Assembly (NCBI GenBank): GCA_013044245.1
Contig: JABEVK010000004.1
Span: 1,842-65,841 of the forward strand
Direction of reading: 5' to 3'
Source: Spirochaetales bacterium
Lineage (GTDB): Bacteria; Spirochaetota; Spirochaetia; JABEVK01
Length of the DNA stretch: 64,000 nt
The translations under genes and the position numbers were made by a program. Under the pieces are notes generated by a model. It saw only the letters and a program-made list of their open reading frames with translations, did no database searches and was not told where the DNA came from. How positions within the stretch are numbered: the stretch's first letter is position 1; the number at the start of each line of letters is the position of its first letter. Below, in pieces: positions 55,499 to 64,000 of this stretch.

Positions 55499-56683
55499 AT
55501 GAAAGCAATTCTTACTGTTCTGCTTGTTATTTTTCTTGATTTGCTCGGTTTCAGTTTTATAGTTCCCTTTTTGCCTGATTATGTCGCTCACTTGGGTGGC
55601 TCTCCGCTGTGGTTTAGCTGGATTCTCGGCGCCTATTCCATTGGTCAGTTTATCATGGCACCGGTATGGGGGCGATGGTCCGACAAAGTGGGCCGCAAAC
55701 CCGTTCTTTTGATCAGCACGCTGGGAAGTACTTTAGCTTGGACTTCATTGGCCTTAGTTCATTCGTTAGTCTTTTTGCTCATTATTCGCTTCATTGCCGG
55801 TTTGATGAGTGCCAATTTCACTGTTGCCCAATCGTATATTGTGGACGTCTCCCCGCCAGAAAAACGAACTGCCAATTTGGGCCTGACGGGCATGGCCTTT
55901 GGAGTGGGGTTTATTTTGGGCCCCCCCACTGGTGGATTTTTATACCTTTTAGGACCTGCCGCCCCCTTTTGGGGTTCAGCGCTCTTAGCCGCTTCCGCTT
56001 TGACCCTAGTCATTATCGCTGTTCCTGAGTCCAAGAATAAAATCGCTTCACGCCGACGAGTCGCTGGAAAATCGCTAGTAGAATTTTTAAAAGATCCGAG
56101 CTTGCGGGGAATTCTTTTGGTAAACTTGGGATTTTCGCTGGCATTTAGCTTGTTTCAATCGATGTTTTCGCAAGTGTCGATACTGCAATTGCATTTTGCG
56201 CCCTGGCAAATTGGCGCTACTTTAGCCTTTGCTGGAGTGTTGATTGCCCTAACCCAAGGGGGAGGCCTCCGCTTTTTGGTCAAACGCTACGCGGAACGTC
56301 CTTTGATGTGGGTGTCGTTGTTTCTTTGCGGGTTAGGGCTATTACTCTGGGGTGTCTCCACGCTCAGTGTCGAGCTGTTGTTGGCCTTGGTACCCATCAG
56401 TTTGGGCGGAGGCATTGCCATGGTGTTGATTCGTTCCCTTTTAACCAAGTCGGTCCCTGACCATGAGGTAGGAACAGCGTTAGGGATTTCGTCTTCCTTG
56501 GATAGCTTTTCCCGGGTAGTCGGGCCCTTGTTAGGGGGCGTATTGGTGTCGTTCAGTGCTATGCTTCCTGGTTTGCTTTCAGGAGCCATGATTTTATTGA
56601 GTGGTCTTTTAGGGGTTATACTTTGGGGTTGGAAGAGCAAAGCCTCAGCCGAGCCAGCGCCCGCTGAGGCCTCAGAATCGTAA
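55499..56683 (+). CDS. MFS transporter (TetA/DHA1-like)
   Basis: FLDLLGF, motif A GRWSDKVGRKP, motif C GFILGPPTGG; about 12 TM; TTGCCT-17-GACTTT-6-ATG upstream. Confidence 0.9.
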   Translation: MKAILTVLLVIFLDLLGFSFIVPFLPDYVAHLGGSPLWFSWILGAYSIGQFIMAPVWGRWSDKVGRKPVLLISTLGSTLAWTSLALVHSLVFLLIIRFIAGLMSANFTVAQSYIVDVSPPEKRTANLGLTGMAFGVGFILGPPTGGFLYLLGPAAPFWGSALLAASALTLVIIAVPESKNKIASRRRVAGKSLVEFLKDPSLRGILLVNLGFSLAFSLFQSMFSQVSILQLHFAPWQIGATLAFAGVLIALTQGGGLRFLVKRYAERPLMWVSLFLCGLGLLLWGVSTLSVELLLALVPISLGGGIAMVLIRSLLTKSVPDHEVGTALGISSSLDSFSRVVGPLLGGVLVSFSAMLPGLLSGAMILLSGLLGVILWGWKSKASAEPAPAEASES

Positions 56684-56686
56684 TTG

Positions 56687-58258
56687 TTACACCGAAAGAA
56701 TTTTAGCAAAGGCACGCAAGGCCGGGTCCGAAGCACTGCCATCCAGTACAGATTTAGTCAATATCTTACCCAACTGGACACCTTCCTGGTCAAATGAGTT
56801 AATGTTCCAAAGAAAGCCTTGAAACATGACTTTATTTTCGAAGTGCGCCAGCAGGGCACCTAAGGCCTCAGGGGTCAGTTTGGTGTTCCATAGTAAACTG
56901 GATGGTCTGTTGCCGGGGAACATCTTGTTGGCGTTTTCATGGGTTTGCCCTTTTGCAAACGCAACAATTTGAGCGGCAAGGTTGGCCTTCAATTTTGTTT
57001 GACTGGTAGAACCCTCACTCACGACATCACTGCCCGCCTGGGACTCAAGAAATCCAATGAACTGCAGGGGAACGGTATCAGTGCCTTGGTGCAGGTGCTG
57101 ATAAAAGCTATGTTGACCATTGGTCCCCGGTTCACCAAAAATAACAGGGCCTGTAGCGTATTTGAGTGGTTGACCAAAGCGATTGACCTGTTTGCCGTTG
57201 GATTCCATGTCTAATTGCTGAAGGTGAGCCGGGAAGCGCGATAAAGCCTGCGAGTAGGGCAGTACCGCCGTAGAAGGGTATCCTAAAGCATTACGTTCCC
57301 AGACGCCGAGTAAGGCATCCATCAAAGCGGCGTTTTTTCGGGGATCAGGCTCCAAGGCGGCTACGTCAGCTTCGTGTGCGCCTTTGAGAAAGCGTTCCAC
57401 AACCTCCCAACCCAGAGCCAAGGCCAAAATTGTTGCACCGACAGCCGAAGTTGATGAATAGCGACCGCCAATATAATCATCAATAAAGAAGCTGGCCAAG
57501 TACCGTGAGCTTTTTGCTAAGGGACTGGTTTCACTGGTGACGGCCACCATGTGCCGGTCAGGATTCAAACCAGCTTTTTGCAACTTTTCACGAACAAAGT
57601 TTTCGTTCGCCAGAGTCTCTTGGGTTGTTCCGGATTTTGACACAAGAATAAAAAGTGTTGTTTCAAGCTTCTGGGAAGCAACGACTGCCGTTGCGTCATC
57701 TGGGTCAACATTCGAAATGAAGTGAGCGTCCAGGTATTTCTTCCCTGAAACAGAGTTTTCAAGGGCTAGGAACATTGCCCTCGGTCCTAGGTCCGAACCC
57801 CCAATACCAATTTGCACCACTGAGGTAAAGGCCTTTTCTGTGGAGCCTTTGATCGTTCCTTGATGGACTTGTTCTGTAAAGGTGCGGATTTTCTCAAGCT
57901 GAGAGCGATAAAAGGCCCCTAGATCTTTTCCGTCTTTGCGTACCGGCCCATCAACTTGACCTCGGGTCAAATGATGCAGAACTAAACGATCTTCGCCGGT
58001 ATTCATCACAGCACCGTTGAGAAGTTCTCGGTATTTTGCGGCAAGATCTTGTTCGGCTGCCAAATCTACCAACAGCTGTACAGCTTGGGGATCTACCGGG
58101 CGGGCGGCATACGAGAATCTCCAACCTGCAGGTCCTGCAATTTGGTAGTCTCTAATGCGGTCTTCAGTCAGGAGCGACTTCAGATTGGCGCTCTTGGCGC
58201 CTTTCAGAAGTTTTTTTCCTGATTTGCTCTGATCAAGATTTTTAAACTGAATTCCCAT
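56687..58258 (-). CDS. pgi: Glucose-6-phosphate isomerase
   Basis: IGIGGSDLGP, SKSGTT, GGRYS, QQLDMESNGK, GTNGQHSF, FDQEGVQLGK. Confidence 0.97.
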   Translation of the reverse strand: MGIQFKNLDQSKSGKKLLKGAKSANLKSLLTEDRIRDYQIAGPAGWRFSYAARPVDPQAVQLLVDLAAEQDLAAKYRELLNGAVMNTGEDRLVLHHLTRGQVDGPVRKDGKDLGAFYRSQLEKIRTFTEQVHQGTIKGSTEKAFTSVVQIGIGGSDLGPRAMFLALENSVSGKKYLDAHFISNVDPDDATAVVASQKLETTLFILVSKSGTTQETLANENFVREKLQKAGLNPDRHMVAVTSETSPLAKSSRYLASFFIDDYIGGRYSSTSAVGATILALALGWEVVERFLKGAHEADVAALEPDPRKNAALMDALLGVWERNALGYPSTAVLPYSQALSRFPAHLQQLDMESNGKQVNRFGQPLKYATGPVIFGEPGTNGQHSFYQHLHQGTDTVPLQFIGFLESQAGSDVVSEGSTSQTKLKANLAAQIVAFAKGQTHENANKMFPGNRPSSLLWNTKLTPEALGALLAHFENKVMFQGFLWNINSFDQEGVQLGKILTKSVLDGSASDPALRAFAKILSV

Positions 58259-58601
58259 AATTCCTCCTGTGAGCTATGAGTTGTAAGCCTTTTTCTAAAA
58301 AATCCGCCACTTCGGGAGCGGTTTTTCGCCGTGTCGTAACAAACCGAAAAATTTCCTGTGATTCTTGAAAAAGAATCAGACTGGGGACTCCCAACACATG
58401 ATGCATCTGAACTTGGTCGGGAAAAGCCTCAGCATCCAACGAGGCAAAATCCAGGGAGTTTTGAAACCTTTTCTCAATCGTTGGAAAGTATTGTGTCAAA
58501 TACAGGCAATCGCCACACCAGTTGGTAAGAAAAATCAAAACAGACGGACGTGGTGAACGGATAAAATTGAGATATTCCCAGGGACTCTCAAGACTAACCA
58601 T
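58242..58601 (-). CDS. Thioredoxin-family protein
   Basis: WCGDC, GVPSL cis-Pro motif. Confidence 0.85.
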   Translation of the reverse strand: MVSLESPWEYLNFIRSPRPSVLIFLTNWCGDCLYLTQYFPTIEKRFQNSLDFASLDAEAFPDQVQMHHVLGVPSLILFQESQEIFRFVTTRRKTAPEVADFLEKGLQLIAHRRNYGNSV

Positions 58602-58679
58602 GGTAACACTATCTACGATTCCGTGTTTTTTGGCAACCATTCACTGGCAAGAACCCCTGTTCTCGGTTACTTTAGAGGT

Positions 58680-60377
58680 ATGACAGCCTCCTCTTCAGAG
58701 CGTTCTGTGTCTCGTCACGCCAAACTACGGATGCGTACCCGTCAGATCCTGAAAACCTTAGCGCGACACGGCTTTGGCTATTTGCTTGAAACACCGCAAC
58801 GCCATAAGCTTGTCAGCGATTCTGTGGCCCGCTCATCACCCCATGAGCTGACTTCGGCCGGTCAACCCGGACGATGGAAGCGTGTTCGGTTGCTCCTCGA
58901 AGATCTGGGGCCCACCTTCGTCAAGATGGGACAAATCTTTTCGAACCGCCCTGATTTAATTCCAGAAGAACTGCTGACCGAATTGAAAAAACTTCAAGAT
59001 TCCGTTCCGCCGTTTCCCTTTGAGGAGGTTAAGGCTACCATTGAAGCCGAATTAGAGGGTCCCATAGAGAGTTTTTTTCGAGATTTTCAAAAAGAACCTG
59101 TCGCCAGTGCTAGTGTGGCTCAAGTGCACGCCGCCACCTTGTTCAATGGAAAAAAAGTGGCAGTAAAGGTTCTGCGACCAGGGGTAGAAGAGTTAGTTGG
59201 CTTAGATTTAGAAATCCTTACCCATTTAGGAAGCTGGCTGGAAAATCTGATTTTACGCAGTGACATTCTCGATGCTAAAGCCATCCTTGAAGAGTTTTCT
59301 CGGACAATGATGAAAGAAACAGATCTGCGCAATGAAGCTCTCTACCAGGGAAAATTTGCGGCTAACTTTCAGGATCATCCCGATATCTTTGTTCCTCGTG
59401 TCGTGAGTGCCCTTTCGCGCCGCCGTCTTTTAGTTATGGATTTTGTACAAGGAATTCATCCTTTAGATTGGGACGGGTATGATAAGGCAGGACTTAAACG
59501 ACATGACGTTGCCAAAAAGGGAGTAGAACTCTTATTAACCCAGGTTTTTGTCCATGGCTTTTTTCACGCGGACCCGCACGTCGGCAATCTCAGGATTCTT
59601 GCTGATGGCCGAATCGTCTTTTTAGACTTCGGCATGATGGGAATCCTTTTCTCAAAGCACCGGGAATATTTGGCCGAGATGTTAGCTGCTCTAGCGGTGA
59701 ATGATCCCACGTTGCTCACGAGGTCTCTTTTGAAATTGGCCGGGAAACCGTTACTTGACCAGCCACAAAAACTCGAAGAAGAAATCTTTATCTTGCTCGA
59801 AACCTATGCTCATTTACCGCTTAAAGAAGTCGACTTAAAAGATTTTCTTCAACGGGTAGTGGCTATTTTGCTGAAATTCCGGTTGGTTTTGCCTCCTGGG
59901 TTGTACCTTTTAATGAAGTCCTTGGTAACCATTGAAGGCTTTGGCCGGCAGCTTAACCCCGATTTTCAACTTTTGGACCAATTGGAACCCTTTGTCCGTA
60001 AAGTCTTTGCAGAAAAATTTGAACCTCAAAACCTTTTCAAGGGCGCCGTTGATAGTTTAGGGGACTATGTTTCTTTTTTAGGAAATTTGCCCGAAGACTT
60101 ACAAGAAACCTTACAGCATTGGAAAAAAGGAAAAATTCAGCTGGAATGGGATCACGCTGACTTAGAGAATATCCTGCACAAAGCCGATCGAATCTCCAAT
60201 CGACTCTCTTTTGCTCTCATCGTAACCGGAGTAATCTTGGCGTCGGCGCTGACGTTTCAATCCCACATTCCCCCGCTATGGAATGGCATCCCCGTCTTAT
60301 CCATATTGGGTTTGTTGGGAAGTGGAATTTTGGGTTTTGCCTTGTTGATCTCAATTTGGCGTTCAGGAAGGTTTTAA
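58680..60377 (+). CDS. AarF/UbiB (ABC1) atypical kinase
   Basis: LGPTFVKMGQ, ASASVAQVH, VAVKV, FHADPHVGN, LDFGM; two C-terminal TM helices. Confidence 0.93.
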   Translation: MTASSSERSVSRHAKLRMRTRQILKTLARHGFGYLLETPQRHKLVSDSVARSSPHELTSAGQPGRWKRVRLLLEDLGPTFVKMGQIFSNRPDLIPEELLTELKKLQDSVPPFPFEEVKATIEAELEGPIESFFRDFQKEPVASASVAQVHAATLFNGKKVAVKVLRPGVEELVGLDLEILTHLGSWLENLILRSDILDAKAILEEFSRTMMKETDLRNEALYQGKFAANFQDHPDIFVPRVVSALSRRRLLVMDFVQGIHPLDWDGYDKAGLKRHDVAKKGVELLLTQVFVHGFFHADPHVGNLRILADGRIVFLDFGMMGILFSKHREYLAEMLAALAVNDPTLLTRSLLKLAGKPLLDQPQKLEEEIFILLETYAHLPLKEVDLKDFLQRVVAILLKFRLVLPPGLYLLMKSLVTIEGFGRQLNPDFQLLDQLEPFVRKVFAEKFEPQNLFKGAVDSLGDYVSFLGNLPEDLQETLQHWKKGKIQLEWDHADLENILHKADRISNRLSFALIVTGVILASALTFQSHIPPLWNGIPVLSILGLLGSGILGFALLISIWRSGRF

Positions 60378-60465
60378 GCCTCTTGAAAGTCTTAAACCGA
60401 TCGGGGTGCTTGAGCATTTTTCAGAAAAGAGTACAATGAGTCTATCTTGTATCAGGAGCGTAAAG

Positions 60466-60633
60466 ATGGCATACAAAATTTCTGATGCCTGTGTGGCCTG
60501 CGGCGCTTGTGTGGATGTTTGTCCCGTAGAAGCGATTGCGGAAGGGGATATTTACGTGATCAATCCCGACATTTGCATCGACTGCGGCGCTTGTGCCAGC
60601 GAGTGTCCTTCTGGAGCTATTTCTCCTGCCTAA
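60466..60633 (+). CDS. 2x[4Fe-4S] ferredoxin (55 aa)
   Basis: CVACGAC...CP and CIDCGAC...CP; AGGAG RBS; TTGAGC-16-TACAAT upstream. Confidence 0.95.
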   Translation: MAYKISDACVACGACVDVCPVEAIAEGDIYVINPDICIDCGACASECPSGAISPA

Positions 60634-60662
60634 GGAAAATCTTCAGAAAATCCAGATTTAAT

Positions 60663-60704
60663 AAAAAAACCGCTGCTAGCTTGGTCTAGAAGCGGTTTTT
60701 TTTT
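60663..60704. terminator. Intrinsic terminator after ferredoxin (A- and T-tracts on both sides)
   Basis: AAAAAAACCGCT...CTAG...CTAG...AGCGGTTTTTTTTT. Confidence 0.85.
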
Positions 60705-60747
60705 ACTTTTCCGCTCAATTTTGCCGATGATCGAAAAAGAGGCGGTT

Positions 60748-62184
60748 ATGTCCGATAGGTTGCCATCAGAACCCTTTTCAGAGCCCTCAAAGGATGAGAT
60801 TCCTCCTCTTTTTTCCACCTTGGGTGGCCAAGATGGAGCGGCATCGATTGATCTCTATTTGTCCTCTGACGAAATGTCCCTGTGGGGAACCTTTCACCCT
60901 GCCACGAAAGCTGATGGGCGGTTATTAACCTACGCCGAAGTCGCCGAAGCCTTAGGAAATTTACATTTCACAGGATTTTTAGAACGCGCCATTCAAGAAG
61001 CGATTTTTCTCTGCAATACCGAAAAACGTATCGTTCGTCATGTTCTTATTGCACAAGGAAGACTGCCCAAAGGAACTCGCCCTGCCTACCTGAAGCTGGA
61101 GCCTCAATTGTATGCTCATCATTTTCCTAGCGAAAAAATTGCGGTAGATTTCAAAGAATACAGTCCCTTTATCATCGTTAAAAAAGGGGAACTGCTGGCC
61201 AGAGCTTACCCCGCTCGTGAAGGTACTCCCGGTGTTACGGTTTTAGGGAAAGAAATCCCCGCAGGGAAAAAAGAAGTCAAACTACTTAAACCAGGCACGC
61301 ACACCATCTTTGTCCGAGGAAAAGTCTATGCCGGCCTAGCGGGACGCTTTGTGCTCGAGGGTGATGTTTTTGATGTTTCTAATACCCTAGAAATTAAAGA
61401 GGGAATCGATTACTCCACAGGGCATGTGATTTTTCCGGGGAACATCTCAATTTCGGGGATTGTTCAAAGCGAATTCAAATTGGTCTCGGGAGGCTCAATT
61501 ACCGTAAAAGATACCTTAGATGCCTCAGAGGTGATTTGCAAAGTTGATTTAACTTGTCATGGGGGTATTATTGGCAAAAAGCCTGGAATTGTTCGGGTAG
61601 GACATCAGCTTGTCAGCTTATTTGTTGAGAACGCTCAAGTTGAAGTTTTAGGAACAGTGCAGATTCACAAGGCTGTTTTGCATGCCAAAATTTTTTGTAA
61701 TGGAAGCTTTCAGGCACCCGAGGCAAAATTGGTTTCTTCCTTTTTGATGTGCAAGGGCAGTGCTGTGCTAGGTCAACTAGGAAATGAGCACGGTTCCAGC
61801 CATGTTGTCATAGGCAAGGATTTTGTGGTGCACCGTCGGCTTGAACAACTTCGCGAACAATATAAAACCGAAGAAGAACATCTCTTTCAGTTAAAAAGTC
61901 GCCTTGACCCGGCTCAGGGGGGACGGTTTGTCGACTACGAGAAACAAATTCGCGATCGACTCGCGGAGCTGGTAGAAGAAATGAACCAATTTACCGAAAA
62001 CCTCTTTAATCCTGAACCTGTCACACTAACAGTTCTGGGGGAAATCCACCCCGGTTCCCTGATAGAAATGGGCTACGCTCAATACCCTGTCGTAAGTTTA
62101 ATGAAAACAAAGCTTTTTCGGCTCTCGGACGATAAAAAAACCATTTTGGCCGAAAAAGCTGACAAGAGCAAAGAACCTGATTAA
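60748..62184 (+). CDS. FapA/DUF342 family protein
   Basis: VKKGELLA, G.TV.G, IDYSTGHVIFPG, beta-solenoid repeats, coiled coil, IHPG. Confidence 0.85.
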   Translation: MSDRLPSEPFSEPSKDEIPPLFSTLGGQDGAASIDLYLSSDEMSLWGTFHPATKADGRLLTYAEVAEALGNLHFTGFLERAIQEAIFLCNTEKRIVRHVLIAQGRLPKGTRPAYLKLEPQLYAHHFPSEKIAVDFKEYSPFIIVKKGELLARAYPAREGTPGVTVLGKEIPAGKKEVKLLKPGTHTIFVRGKVYAGLAGRFVLEGDVFDVSNTLEIKEGIDYSTGHVIFPGNISISGIVQSEFKLVSGGSITVKDTLDASEVICKVDLTCHGGIIGKKPGIVRVGHQLVSLFVENAQVEVLGTVQIHKAVLHAKIFCNGSFQAPEAKLVSSFLMCKGSAVLGQLGNEHGSSHVVIGKDFVVHRRLEQLREQYKTEEEHLFQLKSRLDPAQGGRFVDYEKQIRDRLAELVEEMNQFTENLFNPEPVTLTVLGEIHPGSLIEMGYAQYPVVSLMKTKLFRLSDDKKTILAEKADKSKEPD

Positions 62185-63161
62185 AGATTTTCTAGTGCTT
62201 CAAGAAACAAACGATCAGACGAATTCTTATCAATTTCTTGAAGTAAGGCCTCACCGGTAGTCGGCATTTTAAAAATGGAAGAATAGTTGAGTGCCGGACC
62301 AATGGCCTTGGCATAACCTTCACCCGAATCTTTAAGTTCTAATTTTTGACCATCCTGGGTTTCAAAGGTCAAGGTAAAGCCCCGATTGAGGGCTTTAGGA
62401 TTGAGATGTTTCAAGACGATGGGTTTTTCGTCTTGGGTATAATGCCATTCGGTAGACGAAAGCTCAGTTTTGCCCTGCCAGTTCATCTTCACCCTGAACC
62501 ACTGAAAAAATAAAAGGGCTTCGGAAGGTAAACCCCCTTGCAAGGTAATCCCTGCAAGATTGTGAAGATGGGGACGCATTTCTTGAGTATTGAAAAAGTT
62601 GGCGGCTAGCTTAAGCAAAGGCCCAATCCGAACCCATGAAAAATCCGACAAAGGGGTTTTGAGCTCACAGGAACGTCGAGAGAGGTCTTTGAGAAATTCT
62701 TGCGGGTGATCACAAAAAGCAGTATCAATAAAACAACGATCGGCCACATCGTCAAATAATTGCGGCACCTGCGCTTGATCGAGGTTATCTAACCACCAGA
62801 CAAAAACAGGAATTTCACGAATTAAAAGGGGAGCCCAGGTTTCGGGAACTTCTCCTGCTTTATCATCGCCCGAAAAAATAACAATCTCTTGAATACATAG
62901 CACCTTATCGTTTTCATCGGGTACACAGCGTGCTGTGACATCGGTATGGGTAACCCCACCATGATTCTTACGAATGACAATAACGCGGGCAGGGCGTTTG
63001 CCATGGAGGTAATTAAGAGCTTCCATCAGCAGACGGTCATCTTGGTCTGAAACGTATACTACCAAGTTAAAAAGGTTGGTTCGGGCTTCGTTGGGCGAAA
63101 TCTCCTGTTGGATTTTTCGGAGTTGGTGTTCGACTGCTTGAGGATCAGCGTAACGTTTCAT
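62181..63161 (-). CDS. opcA: Glucose-6-phosphate dehydrogenase assembly/activator protein OpcA
   Basis: NLVV, RPARVI, PLLIREIPVFVWW, DFSW.R; start overlaps zwf stop. Confidence 0.8.
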   Translation of the reverse strand: MKRYADPQAVEHQLRKIQQEISPNEARTNLFNLVVYVSDQDDRLLMEALNYLHGKRPARVIVIRKNHGGVTHTDVTARCVPDENDKVLCIQEIVIFSGDDKAGEVPETWAPLLIREIPVFVWWLDNLDQAQVPQLFDDVADRCFIDTAFCDHPQEFLKDLSRRSCELKTPLSDFSWVRIGPLLKLAANFFNTQEMRPHLHNLAGITLQGGLPSEALLFFQWFRVKMNWQGKTELSSTEWHYTQDEKPIVLKHLNPKALNRGFTLTFETQDGQKLELKDSGEGYAKAIGPALNYSSIFKMPTTGEALLQEIDKNSSDRLFLEALENL

Positions 63162-64000
63162 AGTTTTCTCCACTTCTGATTCACCGAGGACAGCAACGCT
63201 TTTGCTTCTTCGGGGCCGGAACTACCGGCACGGTACTGGGGGAGGGGCGCAGGATCTTCGGCCCAACCTTGAAGAATGCGTGTAATAAAAGCCCAACTGG
63301 TTTCAATTTCATCACGCCGTGTATACAAGGTAGAATCACCGACAAGGGCATCCAATAAAAGGCGTTCATAAGCTTCGGGGGTCGATTCTCCAAAGGCGTT
63401 GCCATAGGCAAAATCCATACTTACCGGCCTGACCTGCGTCGTATAGCCAGGAATTTTGGCGTTAATGTTGAATGTCACGCCTTCCTCGGGTTGAATATGA
63501 ATCACTAAAGTATTGTTCTTGGTATCGCTACCCCGATTGTTAAAAATGTGGAGTGGCGGTTCTTTAAACGAAACGGCAACCTCGCTGACCCGACGCCCTA
63601 AACTCTTTCCCGTCCGAATGAAAATCGGAACCCCTTCCCATCGCCAGGTGTCTAAGAAAATTTTAAGAGCAACAAAAGTTTCCGTTCGGGAATTGGGGTT
63701 AACTCCATCCTCTTCTAAGTACCCTTTGACACTTTGACCTTGAACAATTCCTGGACCATATTGACCCCGTACCGTATACGTTTTTACGTCCTTGAACGTA
63801 ATGGGCCTCAGGCTCTTTAAAACTTTAACTTTTTCGGTACGAATAGTGTCGGGCGAGAGATCGTTGGGGGGTTCCATCGTTAAAAGCGTCATCAATTGAA
63901 AGATATGGTTCTGTACCATGTCGCGAATGGCACCGGACTTCTCGTAGTAATTACCTCGGGTTCCCACACCCAAAGACTCGGCAACGGTAATCTGAATATG
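63158..64000 (-). CDS. zwf: Glucose-6-phosphate 1-dehydrogenase (3' part, runs off window)
   Basis: GAIRDMVQNH, RWEGVPIFIRTGK, IQPEEG, AYERLL. Confidence 0.97.
   Translation of the reverse strand, partial: HIQITVAESLGVGTRGNYYEKSGAIRDMVQNHIFQLMTLLTMEPPNDLSPDTIRTEKVKVLKSLRPITFKDVKTYTVRGQYGPGIVQGQSVKGYLEEDGVNPNSRTETFVALKIFLDTWRWEGVPIFIRTGKSLGRRVSEVAVSFKEPPLHIFNNRGSDTKNNTLVIHIQPEEGVTFNINAKIPGYTTQVRPVSMDFAYGNAFGESTPEAYERLLLDALVGDSTLYTRRDEIETSWAFITRILQGWAEDPAPLPQYRAGSSGPEEAKALLSSVNQKWRKL

Noticed and set aside
55499..56683. Acquired tetracycline resistance gene (and vanY-like 42548-43339 as vancomycin resistance)
   Set aside because: Generic DHA1 MFS and M15B peptidase in housekeeping context, with no tetR, van cluster or mobile element.
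1..64000. CRISPR arrays, tRNA/rRNA, riboswitches (including c-di-AMP), IS elements
   Set aside because: Intergenic gaps are all short (about 130 nt or less) and none shows spaced repeats, a cloverleaf or a recognisable aptamer by eye; an Infernal/Rfam scan would be decisive.

Overview
64 kb of gene-dense bacterial chromosome, almost certainly from a free-living spirochaete (Spirochaetia). The basis is the cdaA-cdaR-acpS-DUF2225-truA-UDG-like-priA and lon/recJ-M23-rpsU gene orders, which match those I recall from Borrelia/Treponema, plus spirochaete-type lipoproteins and beta-barrels. Content is mostly housekeeping and metabolism: pdxS, hisI, deoC, folP, priA, truA, recO, recJ, lon, pdp, rpsU, gpmA, pgi, zwf-opcA, avtA and glnK-amtB. 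Also present are a sugar-utilisation locus (deoC, LacI-sensor histidine kinase, NarL-type regulator, ABC transporter, GH3), a NYN/LOTUS-glutaredoxin-FTR unit, a ~23-repeat ankyrin lipoprotein and a 2144-aa Ig-repeat surface protein. I saw no rRNA, tRNA, CRISPR array, transposase, integrase or phage gene. The strongest non-obvious signals are: (i) a recurring sigma70 promoter geometry that puts the transcription start on the start codon of about 11 genes (widespread leaderless mRNA); (ii) a sigma54-type promoter before glnK-amtB, where GlnK lacks Tyr51 and Amt has Glu in place of the first pore His; (iii) a probable AUA start codon for rpsU; (iv) tandem operator-like palindromes and a leader hairpin/uORF in the sugar locus; (v) several proteins that appear to have lost catalytic residues. 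All calls come from motif recognition by eye; no database searches were run. I cannot support a claim of a wholly new multi-gene system here.
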